A program made the translations under genes and the position numbers. Below are positions 44,526-56,500 of a DNA stretch of 57,636 nt, in pieces (position 1 is the first letter of the stretch; each line of letters opens with the position of its first letter). The notes under the pieces were generated by a model. That model searched no databases. It saw only the letters and a list, made by a program, of their open reading frames with translations, and had not been told where the DNA came from. This stretch comes from a virus (lineage: Duplodnaviria > Caudoviricetes), in IMG/VR virus record IMGVR_UViG_3300030104_002283, positions 1 to 57,636 of that record. One strand, 5' to 3'.

Positions 44526-45183
44526 ACAAGTTGTTAAGTCTGAAAACGATTTAACTTTTAAAGAAATATGGGATAAATTGAGTGCGATTGATGTATCTGA
44601 ATATACAGAGCAAAAGATGAACTTAACTTATTTATCTTGGGCTAGAGCAGTAATGCTTGTGTCTAATGTTTATGAGATGAAGTACAAGTTTTGTGATATT
44701 AACGGACTACCTTATAGGTTGTTGCCTGATGGTAGTGCAGAAGTTATTACAGAAATAACTATAGGCAAACACAAAAGACAGATGGCTTTACCCATCATGG
44801 ATTACAAAAACAATCCTGTTAAAGATATAGATGCAAGACAGTTGAATGACAATCGCATGAGATGTCTTGTTAAAAACTTAGCCATGTTTGGTTTAGGCAT
44901 GAGTGTATTTGCACAATGGGATAATCATTTACCATCTGAAGAAAAAGATAAAAAGCCTGATGTTAAAGACAAACATGATGAAGCTTGGGCTAAGTTGTTT
45001 GCTGAAAGCATGGAACTATTAATCAAGAAATCTAAAACAGTTAGTGATTTAACAAGTCTATATACTAACGATACCAACAAACCGCAGTTTAATATTTTAA
45101 AAGAAAGATATGCAGATATATCTGATGAGATATTAAATAAATTTAAACTAAAGAAAACAGAACTAGAAAATAAGGAGAACTAA
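44509..45183 (+). CDS. Sak/DUF1071-like single-strand annealing protein
   Basis: LTYLSWA.A, LP.MD..N, N...RCLVK..A.FGLG. Confidence 0.8.
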   Translation: MKKEVEQVVKSENDLTFKEIWDKLSAIDVSEYTEQKMNLTYLSWARAVMLVSNVYEMKYKFCDINGLPYRLLPDGSAEVITEITIGKHKRQMALPIMDYKNNPVKDIDARQLNDNRMRCLVKNLAMFGLGMSVFAQWDNHLPSEEKDKKPDVKDKHDEAWAKLFAESMELLIKKSKTVSDLTSLYTNDTNKPQFNILKERYADISDEILNKFKLKKTELENKEN

Positions 45184-45184
45184 T

Positions 45185-45538
45185 ATGTCTGATTTTAGAA
45201 ATGAAAAACCAAAACAAGTTTGCTACATCTACAAGAATGGATTTAAGAGCAACGACAAACAGCCTGACTTTAAATCAACAATAAAGATTACACCTGACTT
45301 CTTACAGCAGATGGTAAATTTTATTAAGAATGATGGTAGGGTTGAAAAGGGAGTTGATATTTCAGTTGCCATGTGGAACAGAATATCGAACAACGAAAAG
45401 AAAACTGAATACTATTACACTGTTCTTGAAATAGATGATTACCAATTAAAAAAAGAAATGGCATCTCAACAAGCAATAGATAGTGTTAATGCAGAAAGCA
45501 GTGATAAGTTTGAAGATGATGAACAAATCCCGTTCTAG
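45185..45538 (+). CDS. Single-stranded DNA-binding protein
   Basis: K...KQPD....I, A.W, acidic C-terminal EDDEQIPF; follows the annealing protein. Confidence 0.7.
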   Translation: MSDFRNEKPKQVCYIYKNGFKSNDKQPDFKSTIKITPDFLQQMVNFIKNDGRVEKGVDISVAMWNRISNNEKKTEYYYTVLEIDDYQLKKEMASQQAIDSVNAESSDKFEDDEQIPF

Positions 45539-45628
45539 CATAGAAAGAAGAAGAATACCTAAACACCTTAGACATTTATCCGATAAGGTATTAAAAGCAT
45601 TGTTCTATTTATTTAGAGATAAGTTTTA

Positions 45629-45865
45629 ATGTCTAAGGGTAGTAGAGATAGAACTAAAAACAGAGATAAGTTTAAAGAAAACTTTGATAAGATTTTTAGT
45701 AGAAAAAAAACAGACATAACTAAACTAAAAAATGTATGGGAAGAAACATCTTCTAAAAAATGTGTTAGTTGTGATAAGAAATATCCTAGTGATTACTTTC
45801 CAACAAAACAAAAAGCATACAAAGTTTTTAGATTAGATATTTGTAAGGAATGTTATAAAAAATAA
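45629..45865 (+). CDS. Zinc-binding hypothetical protein
   Basis: MSKGSR.R, CVSC...CKEC. Confidence 0.6.
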   Translation: MSKGSRDRTKNRDKFKENFDKIFSRKKTDITKLKNVWEETSSKKCVSCDKKYPSDYFPTKQKAYKVFRLDICKECYKK

Positions 45866-46170
45866 TGACAGAAAGAACAAGAGATAAAAGATATTTAGCT
45901 TATGTCAGAAGAAGCGGTTGTTTAGTCTGTGGCAAAAAAGAAGTTGATGCACACCACCTAAGACATTCACAGCCTAGAGGTTGGGGATTAAAGAGTGGCG
46001 ACCAGTGGGCAGTGCCTTTGTGCAGAGAACATCACATGGATTGTCATAGAACTGGTAAAGAAGCTAGATGGTGGGCTATGCATGGTATAGATGCTATCGC
46101 ATGGGCTGAAATGAATTACATGGTATATGGAGAATACACAAGTCAAGAGGAGAATGAAGAAGATGAGTAA
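45865..46170 (+). CDS. DUF968/HNH-like nuclease
   Basis: YL..VR...CLVCG....DAHH....G.G.K..D...VPLC..HH...H..G. Confidence 0.78.
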   Translation: MTERTRDKRYLAYVRRSGCLVCGKKEVDAHHLRHSQPRGWGLKSGDQWAVPLCREHHMDCHRTGKEARWWAMHGIDAIAWAEMNYMVYGEYTSQEENEEDE

Positions 46171-46366
46171 AACTTATAGAGTATATACAAAGTGGGTTGG
46201 TTATTCTGAAATAGAAGTTGAAGCCAAGTCTAAAGAAGAAGCTGGGGAAAAAGTATTAGATGGAGATTACTCTATGTTTAGGGAAGCTTCTACAGGTGGC
46301 GACCTTGATTATGGATTTGATAATGAAGAAATTACAGACATAGAAGTAATAAAAGATGATAGCTGA
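46163..46366 (+). CDS. Small acidic protein (DpnD/PcfM-like)
   Basis: Y.V.......IEVEA.S.EEA; start set at MSKTY. Confidence 0.55.
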   Translation: MSKTYRVYTKWVGYSEIEVEAKSKEEAGEKVLDGDYSMFREASTGGDLDYGFDNEEITDIEVIKDDS

Positions 46367-46457
46367 TATTCTAACAGTGTTAATGTATTTAGGTGGTATA
46401 TATATTGTGGCAACAATGATGTACTTAATTATTAAAGATGAAATAGATAAGAGGTAA
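46356..46457 (+). CDS. 33-aa membrane peptide (not in ORF track)
   Basis: MIADILTVLMYLGGIYIVATMMYLIIKDEIDKR; fills the gap. Confidence 0.5.
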   Translation: MIADILTVLMYLGGIYIVATMMYLIIKDEIDKR

Positions 46458-46458
46458 T

Positions 46459-46644
46459 ATGACAATTAAAGTAAAAGAAACTTGGACTGAAATAGTAGAA
46501 CGAGAAAATATTATTGAAGTAGATAGTATGGAAGAAGCTTGGAACAAAGAAATTAATTTAGGAGAGGGAGAGTTAGTTTCAATAGAACTTGATACTAATT
46601 CTATTGGATATGAAATAATAGAGGAGATAGATAATGGATTATGA
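46459..46644 (+). CDS. Small acidic protein similar to 46163..46366
   Basis: IEVDSMEEA motif; RBS GAGG. Confidence 0.6.
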   Translation: MTIKVKETWTEIVERENIIEVDSMEEAWNKEINLGEGELVSIELDTNSIGYEIIEEIDNGL

Positions 46645-47089
46645 AAACCAAATTAAGAAAGCAACAATTAACTTTGAAGCTGTCAAACTTACCATGCGAC
46701 AAGACAAGCACGGATTTATATTAACGCTATCAGTACACCCTGATGATGTTCCTGAAAGTTTATTTAGGGATTGGGTTGGCTCTAGGTATCAAGTTGCTAT
46801 GGTTCAATTAGATGATAATGAAGAACCTATAGTGCCAAAAGAAAAGACAGAGGGCGAAAGAGCAGTAGCGAGGGCGGGTTTAATGTGTAAAGATACTGAC
46901 TTTCAGGATTTTGTTGCACAGAAATGCGGATTTCAGCAAGGAGTTTCTACTGAATTTGGCGAAAAAGAAACATCTGTATATGTAAGAGACTTCATTGGAG
47001 TTGAAAGTAGAAAAGAATTAATGGACAACAAGGAAGCTAGAGAGAAGCTTCGTGAACTTATAGACCAATTCAGCGAAGAATGGTTGTAG
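46634..47089 (+). CDS. Hypothetical protein
   Basis: FEA.K....Q, VHPD..P, VGSRY, AG..C....F, G..SR.EL..N. Confidence 0.7.
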   Translation: MDYENQIKKATINFEAVKLTMRQDKHGFILTLSVHPDDVPESLFRDWVGSRYQVAMVQLDDNEEPIVPKEKTEGERAVARAGLMCKDTDFQDFVAQKCGFQQGVSTEFGEKETSVYVRDFIGVESRKELMDNKEAREKLRELIDQFSEEWL

Positions 47090-47376
47090 AGGAGAAGCCT
47101 ACTAATAAAGAAAGATGGTGGGCTTGGCATAAGAAAAATCCTAAAGTGTGGGTATTGTTTCAGAAGTTTACCTTTGAAGCTATCCGTTCAGGTAGGAAAC
47201 ATTACTCTCACTGGGCTGTAATGCAACGCATTAGATGGGAAACAGATGTCAACACTAAGGGCGATTGCTTCAAAATATCCAACGACTTTATCTGCTACTA
47301 TGCAAGATACTTTATTCACACCTATCCACAACACGGAGACTTCTTTAGAATTAGACCTTTAAAAGAAGAAAAATAA
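47080..47376 (+). CDS. Hypothetical protein
   Basis: H..NP.V...F, IRW, FKI.N.....YAR. Confidence 0.7.
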   Translation: MVVEEKPTNKERWWAWHKKNPKVWVLFQKFTFEAIRSGRKHYSHWAVMQRIRWETDVNTKGDCFKISNDFICYYARYFIHTYPQHGDFFRIRPLKEEK

Positions 47377-47410
47377 ACCAGCAAAATTTCGCAGCGTCCA
47401 CCCCAGAAAT

Positions 47411-47444
47411 AAAAACAAAAAAACAAAACCCCGTAAATACGGGG
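47411..47444 (-). terminator. Rho-independent terminator at the convergence point
   Basis: CCCCGTA-AA-TACGGGG (47429-44) followed by a long U-rich tract on the minus strand. Confidence 0.75.
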
Positions 47445-47563
47445 CTGTAAGCTATGCGATAAAAAAAATTCTTAATCCTTCGATTACTTTGTTCCTATTC
47501 CAACATTACCTGAACTATCAATACGCATTCTTGTAGCTCAAACAAATATTAACGCTTTAATAT

Positions 47564-50500
47564 TTATCTTACTACAGCTTTGTCTCCCAAGCCTTGTAAA
47601 TATTCTTTTCTTCTTCTCATTATTTGTTCTGCTCTTAAATAATCATTTTTTTGTTCTGCTATGCTATCTAATCTAATTCTTTTTTCTTCTGAAGAAAGAG
47701 TTGAACTATTTATTATTGATGCTTCTGCGGTTCTAAATTCTTTTAATTCATCAGCGACTTTTTGTAATTCTTTTTGCAATCTTTTTAAATCTCTCATGTA
47801 TTCTATTTTGTATTCATCTGTTAAACCTTTTGCAAACTTGTCTCTTTTTTCTATGTTATCTTCTATTACTCTAAATGTATTTATTGTGTCATCTACATCT
47901 TTCTTTAGATTATAAAATTGGTTTTCATAATTACTTCCCTCTTTTGGTAAAAGAAATCTACCTATTACTGGAAGTTGGTCAACGCCAAATTTTACTCTTT
48001 CCGCATCTGTTAAACCCTCTCTTAAAACACTATCTGTTGCTATCATTAAATAACTTCCTAATGTTCCTGTATAACCTCTAACAAGATTTTCTACATACAA
48101 AGGGCTAATGTTTAACTCATCTCCTATTACTTTAGAAAGAGTATCTGTTTGTGGTCTATAACCCGCATCATCAGTTCCTTTTAAATAGTCAGGCACTATT
48201 TGTCTGCCTGTAAACAAATCATAGTTAGCAAAGTTTTCTACAAGAGGGTCAACAGCCGTTGGTAATGTTAAAGAGAAAGTATGTCTTGTCATTTTTTTAA
48301 TTCTTTTAGCAACATCTTCTCCTGCTACATCATCTGCAAAATAAGATGTAAGCCGTTCGGGAACAGTCATACTAATTAGTCCGACTTCAAAAGGTTTAGG
48401 TATTACTAATGGAAAACCGCCTGTTATTTTTTTGCTTCCGGGTATAATTAAATAGTTATCTTTTATTTCATCAGGTGCTTCTTCATATTCTTCTGAATCT
48501 CTAACTAAAAAATAATATCCGGGCATCATAGCCATTATTGTTGCTAGTCTTAACCACACACTTTTTGTTCTTTTTGATGGACTTAAACCTCTACCTATTC
48601 CATATCTTCCTGTTAAACCTCTATAAAAAACATCTAGTCCTTGTAGCCTAGGATTTAAAAACATTGTCATTTGTTGATATGTTTGAAAAGCTTTATTGTT
48701 ACCACGCCTTGTAAAGTTTAAAACTTCTAATGCTTGATAAATTGCTTCAGCTTCGTTGCCTGTTCTTTTTAATGTATCTTTATATACAGCAACTCTAGTA
48801 GCAGCATCTGTTATAGCTGTACCTTGTCCTAGTATATCCCATAAACCAGTTACTAAATCTATAGGAAACATATAAATTTTTTCTGCTGTTGGTCTTTCAC
48901 TTTTAAAAGCATTTTTATAGTAACCATCAATAAGACTTTGTGTGCTATCTATTTCTCTTATACCTTTGTCATAGCCTGTTATTATTCCTGCATTTTTTAA
49001 TTTAACAAACTCTTCTGGAAGTCTGCCGGTAATCATTCCTTTAGCTATCCTAAAAGTTTCTGCTACTGAAGAAATCACTGGTATATAATTAGCACCACTT
49101 AAAGTATAAGCAGATAATGAATCTCTTAATATTTGTGCAATCCAAAAAGCAGGAGCTCTTGTTATTAAATCACTAACAAATCTTTTAGTTCCTCTTGCTA
49201 TATTCATAAGAAGATTCATAGGTGCATAATCAGCTTCTGACATTACATTCATTGAATAATATAACATTGGGTCATCTATTTTAAAGTTTGTATTTTTTCC
49301 TTTAACTCTTATAGTAATTACATCTGGTCCTTTAACATTACCTTTAACTTGTTTAGCTACTTCTAAATCTATAAGATTACGCATTACTCTATTAGCTGCT
49401 ACATTTTTCATACCTAAATTTATAGCTGCTCTTAAATTGTTTGTAATGCCAGTAATAGGGTCAACAATATCTTTTGTTTCACTACCTTTAGCTTTTTGAA
49501 ATGGAGTTATAGATAAACCTTGAAATATTTTTGGTCCTTTAAATCCTTCCATTCCTTCTAGCGGTCTATAAAAAGGAATGTAATCTGAATTTGCTAACCA
49601 TGTTTCTGCTGTCTTTGCATCTAATACACCAGTATCAACTAAAAATTGAACTGTATGTTCATTAGTTCTATTGTACTCATCAATCATAGTTTGTACTTCA
49701 GGATAATCTTGTAATACTTGTTTAGCTTTTTTTCTATCGGCTGCTGTTACTTTTACTTTCCTACCTTCTTTATTAAATCTTGTTTCTCTTTTAACTCTTT
49801 GTACTGCTTGGAAAGCCCAAAGTAAATTAGGATTTTTATAAGCTGGTGCAAATATATCAGCAAAAGGTAAAACAGGTTTACCATCTATTTGTGATATATC
49901 AGTTACATAAGTGTATCCTTTATCTTTATCATAACGAGGAAAACCTCTTATGAAAGATTGCATAAATATATCTCCTGACCTATCAGAAAAATATAAAGCT
50001 GCACCTGCTGACATACTAGCAAGTAACATTTGGTCTCCGTATTTATTTTTTTTACCTGCTTTAACATCTGTTAATGCTAATCTTCCATACCTATCTGCTA
50101 TTTGTTCTCTAACTTTCATACCAAATTCTTTGGTAGCATCAATAGGTTTAAAGCCTTCTAATACAAGTTGACCAATAGTTTTACTTTCAATAGTGTCATC
50201 TCTTACTGTTAAATTTTCTATTAACTCTTCAGCATTTTGATTTAAAGGATTTTTATTTTTATTAAATGAATACTTTAATTTAATATCATTTGGTATGTCA
50301 TTAATAATAGAATCTACATCTGCATTAGTTTCAGATGTACTATTTTTAATTTCTTTTTGTGCTTCTATTGCTGCGGATACAGCACTAGGCGATGCATTAG
50401 TATTTATTACAGGAATTAAACCTGCTGCTATAGAGTTTTGTTCTTGTTCTTTTGCAGTTTGGATATTTTCTTTATCTTGTTCACTAAGTTCCGGTTGTTC

Positions 50501-53500
50501 TTCCGAGCTTCCTCTTCTGCTTCTGCTTCTATTTCTATCAACGATTCTATCGTCCTGAAATAATTGGGCGGTATCTTCTTCGACAATTTCTTCTCCTAAT
50601 TTTTTAGTGTTATTAATATAAGTAAAACCAACATTAGGTGTTGCTGTTCTTTTTACATAATCTTTTAATGCATTGTAACTATCTTTTACTTTATTATCTA
50701 TTGATACTAAATAATCAACAGATACAAACCTTCCTGTTTCACCAAATCTAGTAATAGCTCTTACTATAGCTTGATTTATATTAGCATCTGGATAAACAAT
50801 ATCTACTTTATATCCTCTGCTTTGCAAATCTTGCATTATATATTTAATTTTACTTATATCTGGTTGCCTACGATTATTAGTTTTACCTGCAACTTTAGGT
50901 ATTATTATATTTGCACCTTCTTCTATAAATTGTTTTTGAATTTCAGCAGCAATATATTTTGAAAATTTATGTGTAGCATTAGCTCCTATACCATTTTTAT
51001 ATTCAGGCATTTGTTTTTTAGCATCATCAGCATCAACTATTGCATAACCTTTTCTTGCAGCTATATTTTCAGCAAATGTTGACTTACCTGTAGCTGGTGG
51101 TCCAATTATTATGACTGCTTTTTTATCGTATTTTAAATTACCTTTTGCATATTCTGTGGCTATGTCTGTTAACTCAGGAATCATTTCATTCATTCTTTTG
51201 TTTCTTTGAGCTTCAGTTAAATTATCATAAACATCAGGTATAGCTAATGCTTCATTTTGCATAGCTAACATAGCTGGGTGATTTACTAAAGCATACATAT
51301 CATCTGCATTTATATTATCATTTTGATATTGCGGTTCGTTTGCTAACAAAATTAAATCTGCTTTTGCATCTAACAACTCTTGTCTAGTTAAAGTTTTTAT
51401 TTGCTCTTGTGGAACATTAAAATTTCCAGATGTTATAGTTTGAGTATCACCTTGTATTATTATTCTATCTCTTTGAATTTTATTTACATCTTGTAAGTGT
51501 GTAGTTAAAACTTGTTTACCTGTAGTATCTCCATAATCATCTATTAAAAAGTTTGTTGGTATTAAAAGTTCTTGTTCTCTTATATAGTTATATCTATCGG
51601 CATATAAATTATTTGCATCACCAAGCATAGACTCACCCCTATATAAAGCGTTCATATTTACTGCTATAGCTTCTTTAGGTAAAAGATATTTTTTAACATT
51701 GTAGCCATACTTAGCTATATCTTCTGGTCTGCCTTCTGCTCTAAGTAATTGTCTTCCAAATTCTTCTAATGTTACATTTGGTTCTATTGTTCCATCTTGT
51801 TTTCTTTTGTAATAAAGTTCCTCTATTCTTTCATTTCTTCTTAGTAAATTTTGTCCAAAAGATTCTGCTATAAATTTATTAGTTGTTGTAGGTATTAATT
51901 GATAACTGTCATCTATACGACTTCCTCTGTACACAACTATTTCTTCAGGAAATAATTTTATAGATTCTTGTGTAACAAAATCTATACCATCAGAAATTTC
52001 TTGTGCTTGTACTACAGATAAATTTGGAAATCCAAAACCATAATGAAACAATCCTTGATTTTTTCTATTGCCTGTTAATTGTTTCACAAAAGCTTTAGCT
52101 CCTAAAGTCATTAATGGTGCTATATATTCTGAACCTTCTCCTCTTCCATCTTTTAAAAATTCTTTTATAGGCGGTGGTATTGATGCAACAGTTCCATATA
52201 AGTTTCTAAAGTATCCTTCTAATGTAGGTGCACCTGATTGTTCTTCTAGTGTTGCTTTTACATCATCAATTAATCTACCATTTGTTTCTCTTAAAGAGTA
52301 TTTTAAATTACCCAATTCAGGCGGGTCTTCTACAAAAGATGTTGAGACTGTTTTTTTATTATCATTTGATTTTACTAACAGATTTGGATTATTAGTATTT
52401 TCTAAAACTAAAGTTTTATGTCTTTCAGATAATTCGTTATCACCAAATATATTATTTAATTTTTGTGTAATGCTTGAACCATCTCCAGTAATATATTCAG
52501 GTTTTTGACTAAATATAAAATTAGAACCTAGTAATAATGGATTTAATAATATAGCTTGTGGTTTAAATAAAACAGGAGTTATGTATTGGTCGTATTCATT
52601 TTGTTTATTTGGTCCTACATTATTGCCTATATATTTTTGGTATTTTTGTTGAGTTATAAATGGGCTTTCTATTCTTTTACTTGCATCATTTATATTATTA
52701 TATACAGTTAAAGTATCCATACCTTTAGCTACATCTGTTTCTCCTATTGCAAAACCGACATAATAATCACTATCTGAAAGTTTTCTAAATTTATATTCTG
52801 CAAATGTAGCTTTACTATTTGGTGTTATGTTATTTGCTTGTAAATATTCTTGTGTTGTTGCAAATAAAAGTTGACTACTTTTTGCAATTTTAAAATCAAG
52901 GTTATTATAATTTATATCATTAAAATTACTTGTTTCTCTTAGTTTATTATTTTTATCTTTAATTATATTTGTTAAAGTTTTTTGAAAACCATCTAACTTT
53001 ATTAAAGGATTTGTAGCATTATTAACTTGTCTTTTATAAACATCTAATACTATATTTTGAATATTTGTATCTATTACAGGACTCCATTCTCTAAATTTTC
53101 TATCGGTTTCAAATGGTCTTGTATTACCTATTTGTTCTTCTAGTTTATTTTCAATTTGTTGTTCAGTTAAACTAAATGCAAGACTTGGCTCATCAGATAC
53201 TGGCGGTTTAGGTTTAATATTAAGAGGTGTTGATTGTTGTAACTGTTGTAATTCTTGTGTAGTTCTTATTGTTCCTCTTGGTCTAGCTGCTATTTCTCCT
53301 GTTACAGCAGCTTCTAAAATATCTCCAGCTGATTTATATTTAGTTTTAAATACAGCGTTTGCTAATCCTTTAAAAAAATTAGATGTTTTTTGTAATGCGT
53401 TTCTAGGTCTGCCAGTTATTTTTTTTGGATTATTAATATAATCTTCAAACATAAAAGCTATTGCTTCATCTACAAAATCAAATTCACTGGTATATCCCGG

Positions 53501-56500
53501 TTTACCTTCATACCTGTCTAAAGCTTCTTCGTAATAAGTTTTACCATCTTTTCTTATTTTAGTTTTAGCAAAATTTTCTAAAGCATTTATTTCTTGTGCC
53601 GTAAATAAATCAGCTTGTCTTAAAGCGTGCCAACTTTCATGTCCTAAAGTTTGAGATATATTTTGTAAAAACTTTTTAGCTCCATTTTTTTCAGATAAAA
53701 CATTTAAGTCTGCTTTATCTAAAGATAAAAGTATTTCATTTGCTGCTCTATCAAATACACCATCAGCTTGACTAAAATTTATATTATCTCTATTTTTTAC
53801 TCTATCTAAAAAAGTAGTAAATTTTAATTTAGTTTCCGGTAAATTAAGTTTATCTGATAACTTTATAATTTCTTGTTGTACTGTTTCTATTGCTTCATTT
53901 AAACTTGTTTCTACTAGCGGTCTTAAACTTCCATCAAAATTATATTTTCTATTAGAAGTACCTGTAAATTTAAAATCGTTATCTAAATAACCAGCAGTTA
54001 CAAATGTTTGTCTTAAATTTTCTGCAGCTTTTTTATTTAAACCTGTTGAGTCTTGTATGTTTTTTATAGAAACTTTTTTGCCCACATCTATTTTTTCTAA
54101 GCCTTCTAAAGCTATTGAATAATCATTTATGTTGTAAGCTGTAGCACTTAAATCTAATAATTTTGTTTCTGTATTTGCTTTGGGTAGTCTATTAAAAAAA
54201 GAATATAATAATCTTTTTTGAGGTAGCCCCATTTTATTTATATCTGTTTCAGCTACTAATCTATTTGCTACATATTTAAAAGCATTTGAATCTACAGTAT
54301 CAATTATGTTTAAGTCTTTTAATAAACTGTTAAATGTTTTTTTAGAAAAAGACTTTTGTTTAACTTCGCTAAAATTATTTTGTTCGGTTTGATATTTTAA
54401 AACTTTATTAAATTCTGTTGGAGTTAAAAATTCTTTTAATGTATTTGCATTTACTAATGGATTAAATTTTTGAATCTCTTTTATTTCTGTTAAAGTTTCT
54501 TCTGATATATTTAAAGTTTTTAAATCGTCAATATGTATATCTAATAAATAAGAATTATTTATGTTATCTACAAAATCTAATATTAAATTATTATCTGCAT
54601 CTACATTTTGTTCTATAGCTTTTTCTTGCGACCATTGAATTTCTGCTATCATATTAGAACGCTTTTGCAATTCTGTTAAAACATCTACAGCATATTGTTG
54701 GTCTTTATATCTAGCAACTTCATTTTCATTTAAGTCTGTTATAACAAAATCACCATTTTCATCTGGTAAAATATTTCCTTGTTTATCAAAACGACTTTTA
54801 AAATAATTATTACTTTCTACACCAGAATTTTTTTCTATAATTCTTACAATATTAAAATTATTATCTTGTAATATTTGGTCAGCTTCTAATACTGCAGGAG
54901 TAAAACCTGTATAATTTTTAAAATTTTCTTCTTGTTCAAAAACTAATCTTTGTGCTTCAATAGAAATTTGTGCTGGGTTTGCATCAGGATTTAATTGTTG
55001 TATTCTTTGAAACTCTTTTTTTATTTTAGCTTCTATCTCTTTTCTATATGGGTCCTCTACTGGTAAACCATTTAATTTATCTCTATAATCTTTAACTGCC
55101 CTAATTCTATCTTCATATAATTCTTTTTGTCTTTTTGATTTATTAGTTGTATAAGCAGAAGTAAGTTGTGCTACAGGCACTTCAACAACTGAAAATCCAA
55201 ACTCTCCAACAACTTCTAAAGCAACATCTCCTATTCTTATTTGCTCTCCTTCTTCTAAAGTAGAAAGTTGTGCAAAGTATTCTCCTGCTCCACCTAATGT
55301 TCCTTGTAATGGAGCTTGAACTAAACTATTAATTAAATGTCTTGATGCATTATCTTTTATTGTATCTTTTGCAAATATAGTTCCTCTTGATGGAGCTATA
55401 ACTTTAGGAGCTAATTTAAAAGCTGCAGCATCAAACGCACCAATAAAGACTCCTCTTTTTATTACATATTGTCTAAGTCTTTTTCTGTTATCGTCTTCAT
55501 TTAAAAAAGCTACAACAGCTTTTTCATCATTTATATCTACACCATTTTTTCTTAAAAACTCTGTAGCTGAATATACAGTATCTACTGAACCAGAAGCTAT
55601 ACCTGTAGCTATAGAACCAGCTGTATAACTTCTTGTTAACATACTTGTGCCAACACCTGCAGATAAAGAAATACCCATTGGTACCAAACTAGAAGCTACA
55701 GTTTGTTTCACGATGCCAGTAAAATCAGATAACAATATATCTACTGCTTCTTCTGTGCTTTCAGCTTCTGCAAATGCTTTAAATGTTTCAGAAGTTTTTA
55801 CATTTTGTTGTTTACTTATTGCACTAGCTATTTCTTCATTAGCTATTTCTTGCGACCTTAATAATCCAAAAGGGGGTATTCTTTTACCATCATATATAAA
55901 ATCCATTGGGTAAGTTCCATACAAACCACCATCAGTAATACCACCATATTCTCTGTTTCTATATTCTTCTTCTCCTATTTTGCTAATTCTTTCTAAATCT
56001 ATTTTTGTATCTTTGTCTGTTTTATTACCTAGTGTATAAGGAGTTATTGTGCTTATATCAACACCATCGTATTTTCTTCCGTAAATTATTTGTTGTAAAT
56101 AATCTATTCGTTCTCTGTCTTCTTTAGTTTTATTTACTTTATTATTTATTTCTTGTAGTTCTTTTTTTATTTTTACTATAAGTTCTTCATTTCTAATTTT
56201 TTCTTTTTGAAAAGCTATTTCACCAAAAAATTTTTGTGCACCTGATTCAGTTATAGTATCAGTTACTCCTGTTTCTTCTCCAAAAAAAGATGGACTTGCT
56301 TCTTTTTCTTCTTCAGTAAATTTTCTTTGTGGACCTTGTGTAGCTCTTTTATATATGGAAGGTATTAAATCTGTTGCTACATATTTAATATTTTCTAAAC
56401 CTTGTGTTATTGCAGATGTATTTAGACCGGGCATAGGAGAAAAATCTCCAACTCCTAATGCAGAAAGTGCAGCTAATTTATCTCCTGCAGAAACATCATC

